Shown one piece after another: positions 57,059 through 64,000 of a DNA stretch of 64,000 bases. Every line of letters begins with the position of its first letter. The stretch's first letter is position 1. A program made the translations under genes and the position numbers. Origin of the DNA: Vitrella brassicaformis CCMP3155 (Eukaryota; Protista; Chromerida); NCBI GenBank assembly GCA_001179505.1, contig CDMY01000033.1, positions 142,984 to 206,983 on the forward strand, written 5' to 3'. The notes below the pieces were generated by a model, which did not search any database, was not told the origin of the DNA, and saw nothing but the letters and a program-made list of their open reading frames with translations.

Positions 57059-57658
57059 GGTCGTATTGGTTTGCCGATTTCGACGTCCGGCATCAACCAG
57101 CGGCACTTCCTGGCTGGTGGCCCCGGAGCTGCAGGCCGCGCTGCTGGGCGACCCTGTAGAGCCGACCGCAACCAGCCTCGACACGTCACCTTTCTCGCAG
57201 CGCATCCACAGGGGGCTGGAGAGGCTGACTCGGCAGCTGCGGCGTGCATGACGGTGTCGTGCTGGGAGAGGGAGACAGGCAGGCCACCTGGCTTGGGCAG
57301 CCGACGTCGGTGTATGGGCTTGGTGCGATGATGGAGAAAGTCATCCGAGCAGGCGGCATCTCAGGCGTCGTGATGGCTGACGTGGCGGAGCGGGAGAGGG
57401 CGGCGTTGACGGAGACATATGTCGAGCTGACGCCTCTGGAGTGGGATCTGCACTAATGACGCCATCATGACCACCGACGGCAGAGCCACAGACAAGGTCG
57501 GCGTCCCGACGTGCCACATCGAGGAGCGTCGAGGGGAGAGGCGCTTTGATGGCGTCTTCCGGTGGCTCGACACCCTCTGCCGCGCTGCGAGGACGGGGCT
57601 GAGTCCGCGGATACCGCTGATCGTCTCGCCAACCAGCAGCCACGGTGGAGGAGGTCAG
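57059..57658 (+). pseudogene. Second kinase paralogue, C-lobe fragment with several frameshifts
   Basis: GTSWLVAPEL; LGEGDRQATWLGQPTSVYGLG parallels VGEGTTEGLWVGQPTSAWQMG; FDGVFRWLDTL parallels FEWVGPWLDTL. Confidence 0.7.
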
Positions 57659-57839
57659 GTATGGGCATAAGTACAGAGACGCAGAGAGAGGTACACAGAC
57701 AGAGAGGCAATTGGCTGCTGTTCTTGTGTCTTGTGTTTCGGGCAGATGCACCGCTGTCTACATTTTATATTTCGCGAGTCCCTGTATTCTTCGAAGGCAG
57801 CTCCGGGACATCGGCGACTTGTTCTACCTTCGTCTGGAG

Positions 57840-58020
57840 CAGTTGTGCGCTGGGGAGAGGTTTCGTATGTAGCGATGACACCCCTAGGTGAGAAAGATGG
57901 GATGGACGAGGGAGGGGAGGAGGCGACTTCCTTACCACCGACGTCACTCATCGCTGTGTTGTGTGTGTGGGTGTGCAGGTGAGGAGTGGGTTGGGGTGGT
58001 CCGGCTGTTCGGATGGACGA
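57840..58020 (+). pseudogene. Third kinase fragment (VAMTPLG|intron|EEWV junction)
   Basis: gtagcgatgacacccctag|gtgagaaagatggga...gtgcag|gtgaggagtgggt mirrors the 55725-55880 exon-intron-exon junction. Confidence 0.65.
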
Positions 58021-58169
58021 AGGGAGAGAGCAAGGAGACCAATCAGGTAGAGACAGAGAGAGACACAGAGAGACACAGAGAGACACAGAGAGAGGCAATC
58101 AATTTCCTGCTGTGTTGTCCTTTGTCCTTTCGGCATTCAGATCGCTGACTGCATTTTATATTTGCGCAG

Positions 58170-58410
58170 CTGGTGTACGGCGGGTTCAAGCTCCTCAAGA
58201 GAGACCCAAACGCGCCACCCGCTCCCCACACTAGGCGCACATGCCGAGACGGCCCTCCACCCGCCGAGCTGTCCTATCATGAGCGGGTGGAGAACTACGA
58301 GAGGGTCAAGGCGAGGATAGAGATGGAGTTGGGTATCGCCCCCCCAGTCCGACTCGACCCCCCACCACGGCCGAGGTGGCAAAGCGGCTCATCAAGCACC
58401 ACCTCCAGTA
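58170..58410 (+). CDS. SUZ-domain-like exon (fragment)
   Basis: FKLLKRDP...LSYHERVENYERVKARI matches the SUZ pattern KILKR...S-x-EEREEEY-xx-ARARI. Confidence 0.55.
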
Positions 58411-59269
58411 TGATGATACACACAATGATACACACACACACACACACACACACATTCGGCTTTTCACGCATCAGCCGGTTGTTTGTCTGTCTGTCTGTCT
58501 ATGTGTGTCACTACTTACTTGTCCACAGAAATGGCAACCGCAGACGCGCGTGGTGTGGAGACACCGGGAACTTCATCCGTCTCCGAGACCCACGGCCCCT
58601 CAGCACAGCTATAGGGAGGGGGAGGAGCTTGTTGACGTGCTTAGGAGGATCACGTATGGGCATCAAATTAGAAAGACACAGAGACAATAATTGACAGCTG
58701 GTGTTGTCCTTTGTGTCTTCAGCCGATGCATCGCTGACTACATTTTATATCGGTCGGGTCCCTGTATTAACCTACCGATGATGTGCAGAGGTCAGGGCGC
58801 ATGCGGCGAAGACATCAAGAGGACGACAGCGATCACTTCATGTAGGCAGAGAGGGGGAGGACGTGCAGACAAGACGGTGTGGGCTGACTGCTGTCTTTTC
58901 TTGTGTGTTGTTATGTCAGCGCCTGTCTGCGGGATGCGAGGGCTCATCGGAGGAAGCTGGGGCAGCTGCATTGGTGCACGTGTTCGCTGCACGCGGCAGG
59001 TGATAGCATCGGTGCTGTGCTTGAGCTGACAGTTGTACATAGCATGAAGTTCATTAAAGGCCCTTGGTCAGTTGCGGAGAAATGAGTCGAGGCGAGTAGG
59101 ACATTCGTCCATTCGCCCACCCGAATGGCACGCAATGGAATCAGCCAAGTCACCCCCACTTAAAAGCACTCTGGACCCTTTAATTAGGCCGCCACTGCTC
59201 ACACACACACAGACCTTCCCCACCCAATCGCACACGACCAGCCGCCGCCCGGCCAATAGCACTCACCGC

Positions 59270-60379
59270 TCACCCCGCCTCTGTCCCCCTGTCGATGACA
59301 TCACGCTCGAGGCCGAACGGCCGCAGCACACGGCGGATAGCACCAACCGACTCGGGGAACCGCTTGGCGAACGATCTGAGTGCATCGACAGCAGGTCGCT
59401 CGGTCGTGTACAGCTAAATGCTGCCCCTCCCCACCCACACGAAGGCAGCGACGGTCTCGTTGGGTCGGAAGCCGCTCACTATCACACGACGAGAGTCTAT
59501 CGCATAAGCAGAATTGAGATTGCCCCTGTCGTAGCGCCGGTGGACAGGGATGCCCTGATCCTCTGTGATGGCCGATGTCAGTAGACGTTCACAGCGAGGG
59601 TCGCTCCGGCCGAATCGGATGTCTATCCTCTCGGCTGCCACCTCACCGGACCACCGACTGAGCAGCCTGTCCAGCAGAAATGCCGAGAATGAGGGGGAGA
59701 GAGAGAGATAGACGTCCCAGCGGATGACGGGATCGGTCCGCTTGTAGCCGTCAGCATAGCGATGGCCGGCCGGCAGATCACCATGAGGCACCACACGAAA
59801 TGACACATTGCCAACCCGATAGGCCCCGTTGTTGGCTTGCTGCAGCGCCAGGGTGACCCCGTTTTTTGTCAGCTGACGGCTGAAGGTGGAGTAGATGGCC
59901 AATGCGATCGGCAGCTGGTGCAAGGCCGTTGCTGTGGGCAGCGAGTCGGCCGGCAGCCGAAGGGGCAGAGTCGAGTCGGCGGGGGTCAGCCGATGGATGA
60001 AGGCCACCCGAAGGAACCGTCCCATCGCCCGCCACTCCTCACCGGTGCCCTGCTCCAGCAGCCAGGCGACCCTCAAGCCGCCCTCCACGTCACCATCAAT
60101 GTCGAAGGCTAAGACGTTGTCCAGGCCGAGACGACTGATGGCCTTGTTGACGTGCTGCTGGACGCCGTTGAGCAGCGTGCTGGTGACGGTCGCCGAGGTG
60201 TGGCCCAGGAGCTCCTGCTGCCGAGTGCGGGTGACGATCTGTGAGCGGAGAGCGCCTCGCGTGGCATCGTCATTCGCCATGGCCATGCGGACCATCTTGC
60301 TGATGGGCAGTGACATGTCAAAGAGCTCGGCGGGCTGGAAGAGGGGCTGGGACGAGGGCGCTGCACGAGTGGGCTGCAT
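59270..60379 (-). pseudogene. Intronless lineage-specific hypothetical protein with internal TAG
   Basis: MQPTRAAPSSQPLFQP...AAFVWVGRGSI, then TAG (59414-59416), then 47 more protein-like codons (LYTTERPAV...VIDRGTEAG*). Confidence 0.55.
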
Positions 60380-61972
60380 CAGTCGTGACTGTGGAAAGGT
60401 CTCAGAGAAGCGTGGTGACACTGTGCGTGAGAGATCTGCAGGCACACAGCAGACCCATGGCAGCAGACACGGAGAGGCATCGGTTTTTCGGCATTTCGAT
60501 GACTCCTTTGCTTCTCTGGCTGTCTTACCCTCACTGAGTGGGTGGCTTGAGAGCTGCAAAGGCCTCGGAATCTTCCCAGTCGTCTGCGAGCTTGATTCGT
60601 AGATCTCGTCGCTTTTCCTTGCATCTTCCTCACAGCAGGGCCGTGTAGAGTTTGTGGGAGATGCCCAAAGAGCTGTCGTGATGTCATCGATCCACGCGAT
60701 GCCGCCGCCAATCTGACTGAGTGATGCTGATCTGACGCATCGAGGTGAGAGAGGGTGGGCAGGAGGGCCTGATGGCATCAGCAATGACAGTCTGCGACAT
60801 CCGTGTGTTTGTCGCAGATTTCCAGCACTTTCAAGTGGCGTCCAGCAACAGAGCGACAGTCAAAGGCAGCCGGGGAGCCAACTGAGGTACGGGAAGCGGA
60901 AGAAAGCGACTCGGAGGCTCACAGATCGATGAGGCGCCACCGGTGCATTCACTGATATGATGTCCGTGCAGTGACTCTTTGCAGGTGTGCAGATGTGATA
61001 CCTGGAAGGCCGTCATTGGCGATGTTCCCGAAGACGACTGACCGGCTGGCGTGTTGGCTGCTGCGCTGTCTGGGCCACATAAGCCCCGGTGGCCAGTGGA
61101 TGAGTGTACAGAGAGGGATGTCATGTCGTGTCGATTGTCGATAGCTGGCGTATCTGTCTGGGTATGTAAATGACTGACTGGATGGATGGATGGATGAGAC
61201 CACTGCCAGTGGCAGTTAGATTGGGAAACGTTCGTCCGTGTCCTTGATTGAGCCACATTTGCTCGACCTACTGTCGTGATCCTGGTCAGTGGATCAGACA
61301 GACCGGTGGGGTGGCAGTGGCTCAAAGGCATTGCCAGTGTGATGCCTCTCAGCGTCTTGGATGACTGGGTGCCTGTCTGTCTGTCTGTGAGTATGGCTGT
61401 GGGTCGACTTGACGCTGCCAGTGACGGTGGATGGGCGTGGGACTGTGATCGACAAATTCGTTGGTCGTAGCCCCTAGCTCGTCGCGCAAAATATTGTATG
61501 TGTAGTGGCCGTGAGTGAAGAAAGACTGACATGCACTCGTTGCAAGCGACAAATTGTGCCAATCGACACGTAGACCACCTTCTACCAACCACCCAAGCCC
61601 ACCACTCGGCAAAACCACCGACACATTGGCGTAGGCACACCCAGGGACTAGACATGCCATACAGCAGCTGCTGGCACAGTAAGTACATAGCCACATAACA
61701 TACACTCACTACACAAACAGACACTCAGGCAAAGAGAGAGGCGGACAGACAGACAGACTATTCGATCACGTAAGTAATACGCAGGCAGGCCTGCAGGCAC
61801 TCTGCACTGCAAGCGACGAATCAATGGCCATCCATCCATCCATTGATTGTCTATTGTACTACGCAGCCACACGGCACGGCAGACACATTGGTGTGGGCAC
61901 ACCCACGGACGGGACGGAGCGGAGCAAACACTCCTGGCTGACATGACACCCATGAGTGCACTGGGCCTGACA

Positions 61973-62175
61973 GAGACGCATACTCACTAACCTAAACATC
62001 ATCGAAGACACGCTATCAATCAGCATCGATGGAACCGCTGTGTGCCAAGCAGGAGATAGATACTAATTGGAAGCGGCACAGCAGAGAGGCGTGGGCAAAC
62101 CCACGGAAAAGAAACACACACTACACAGACACGCACACACAACCACGCGCAGCACGATGCACATACACACACACA
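61973..62175 (+). repeat. ~200-bp direct repeat, copy 2
   Basis: Near-identical to 49779-49980. Confidence 0.95.
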
Positions 62176-63759
62176 CACGGCACAGACGCACGCGTAGGGA
62201 CAGACACAGAGGGGGTGGGGTGAGTGTGTGGGGGGTGGGATGCTGCAAGTAAGTGTATGTGTATGTGTATGTGTGTTTGTGTAAGCAAGTGCCATACATC
62301 AGTGCACACACATGTACACGCACCGATGGACACACCATGTGTGTGTGTAGAGGTGGAGATGGCTGGTTGTGAGTGAGATGCAATCTCTGCCCGACAGACA
62401 CATGGGTGGGCGTGGGCACCATCCGGACCACATCCCATAGACTGCGGACAAAGAGTGCAGGGTAAAGTCGGTACGTGTATGTATATGAGGTGTGCGGCGG
62501 CACAAGGAGCTGTCGACGGGATGATGGATGGGCCGAAAGCGCGGCCAGCGACGAAAAACAGCGGCGGAAAGAGCAGTGCTCCTGCGCAGCAGGAGAAAGC
62601 TGCGCTTCGTGTCGGCATGTGTGTGCCTTAGTGGGTGGGCGTGTCGCGGGCCGCCAAGCAAAACCGCTGGATGACAAAGGGAAGCCTGTCGATGAATGGT
62701 GGACCACAACTGTGGAGTAAGTCAGTCAGTCAGTCAGTAGGTGGTGTGTGAGTGTGTGTGGTGAGTGAGTGGGATCACACAGTCAGTCGTGTCCGAAGTA
62801 AGTGTCTGGTTGGTATGTGTGTGTGTGTCTCTCTGCACATGAACACATCTGGCTGATGCAAACAAACAGGAGAAAGTGTTTCAGGCCAAAGCACACAATA
62901 AACAAACGGCTGGCTGTTCTCCTCTCCCTGTGGACGGACGCCTGGCTAGAACAGGTCGGGTCAGGTCAAGGGGGCTGCACCCAACACCGCCAAAGCAGCA
63001 GAGGAGCAGTGAGTCGGTGGGTGCAGTAAGGTAATCCTATACATCCGTGCAGCACATGGTGAGTGGAGTGAGTAAGTCGAATGAACCGTGGACAGAAATA
63101 CAACAAACACGCAGTCAGTCAGTCAGTAGTGAGTCGACACGGATGCACACGGGCATGGCGTTACGCTCACGCCTCTACACGCATCTCACGCATCCACGAA
63201 CCATGGGTCACGATTGTCACCACATGAGAGTGAATTCGTCTGTCATCCATCCATCCATCCAGACACACACACCCCGACACGCTGGCTGCATCACAGTCAG
63301 TCAACGGGCAGGCATGGGCCTCATCCATCCATTCTGGCAGCCAGTCATTCACAAATACGTACAAGCAATAAGTAAGTAGATGCAGGTGCCTCCCTGGCCG
63401 GCGTGCCACAAACGGCATTTTGGCGGGGGCAAAAGCAGCTCTCGTACAGGGCGGCGCCGAACCACACGGCGCCTGCTGGTGGAGCCGGGGGCGAGACGGT
63501 CTCCTCAGGCGGCTCCTACGGCGGTGCTGGTAGGGCCTGTTTGATAACCCCCTGCACCTGCATCTGGATCTGCTCCTCACTCGGTAACTCCACGTCGCCC
63601 TCCCCCTCGGTCGCGGCACCCTCCTGTGAGAGAATGACCCCCGCAGATGGGAGGCACGCACGGTACATACGTGGTCTGCTTGTCTGTTTGTGTGTTGGTG
63701 CTGTAGTCTTACCTGAGGCGCGTCTTCTGTGACGGCTTGTTCGATCTTGGTTCCCTCCA

Positions 63760-63913
63760 GTTGCGGAAGACGGGCGATGTGCCCAGGTCGGGGGAGACAG
63801 ACGGTGAGGGATGAAGGCTGGGAGAGGGAGGGGGGGAGGCCGAGGAGGACGAGTGGCGGGAGGGCTGCTCGGCCGCAGCTGCAGCCATGGCCACCTGCCG
63901 CTCCCCCATGGCA
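63760..63913 (-). pseudogene. Copied fragment of a DENN-gene exon
   Basis: Matches 43969-44132 except for a 10-nt deletion and one substitution. Confidence 0.93.
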
Positions 63914-64000
63914 ACGAACAGGATGTTGGCCTCGCGACGCACGTCGATGGCCAGCCTCCCTCCTGGTGGAGCTGCGCGAGCCAGCGAACTCCGCATGTGG

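Larger units (their letters stand above)
52660..58758 (+). repeat. Dispersed ~105-123-nt intron-like repeat family (6 copies here, core also at 856-874)
   Basis: Core CGCTG(A/C/T)CT(A/G)CATTTTATAT at 52727, 55179, 56923, 57752, 58143 and 58732. Each is preceded by a GAGACACAGAGAGGCAATT...TGTCCTTTGTGTCTTCAG-like sequence. Confidence 0.85.

Noticed and set aside
49779-62175. Direct repeats as LTRs of a retrotransposon
   Set aside because: No TG...CA ends, primer-binding site, polypurine tract or gag/pol ORF between them.

Overview
Eukaryotic, GC-rich, intron-dense genomic DNA with introns full of (CA)n/(TG)n/(GGAT)n/(CAGA)n microsatellites. The organism is inferred to be an alveolate, probably a chromerid such as Vitrella: the IMPDH N-terminus is apicomplexan-like and the intron style fits. 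2-49 kb is a gene-dense block organised largely as head-to-head pairs. It holds two divergent 8-TM microbial-rhodopsin paralogues without an enzyme domain (the top finding), RBBP4/MSI1, an FG-nucleoporin, IMPDH, a triple-CCCH zinc-finger protein, NUB1, CCDC130/YJU2B and a 5-unit polyubiquitin with 9 introns. It also holds a giant gene that splices in frame as DENN - DENND4-like Cys module - long disordered linker - HAD phosphatase - TM anchor, and a DHRS7-like SDR. 50-64 kb is an accessory patchwork: frameshifted protein-kinase copies, a SUZ-domain fragment, a lineage-specific ORF with a premature stop, a ~120-nt repeated intron-like element, a 200-bp direct repeat and a copied DENN exon fragment. 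Two 300-N assembly gaps are present. I saw no rRNA, tRNA, CRISPR or autonomous transposon. All exon models were built by hand from GT-AG sites and reading-frame continuity; no searches were run.
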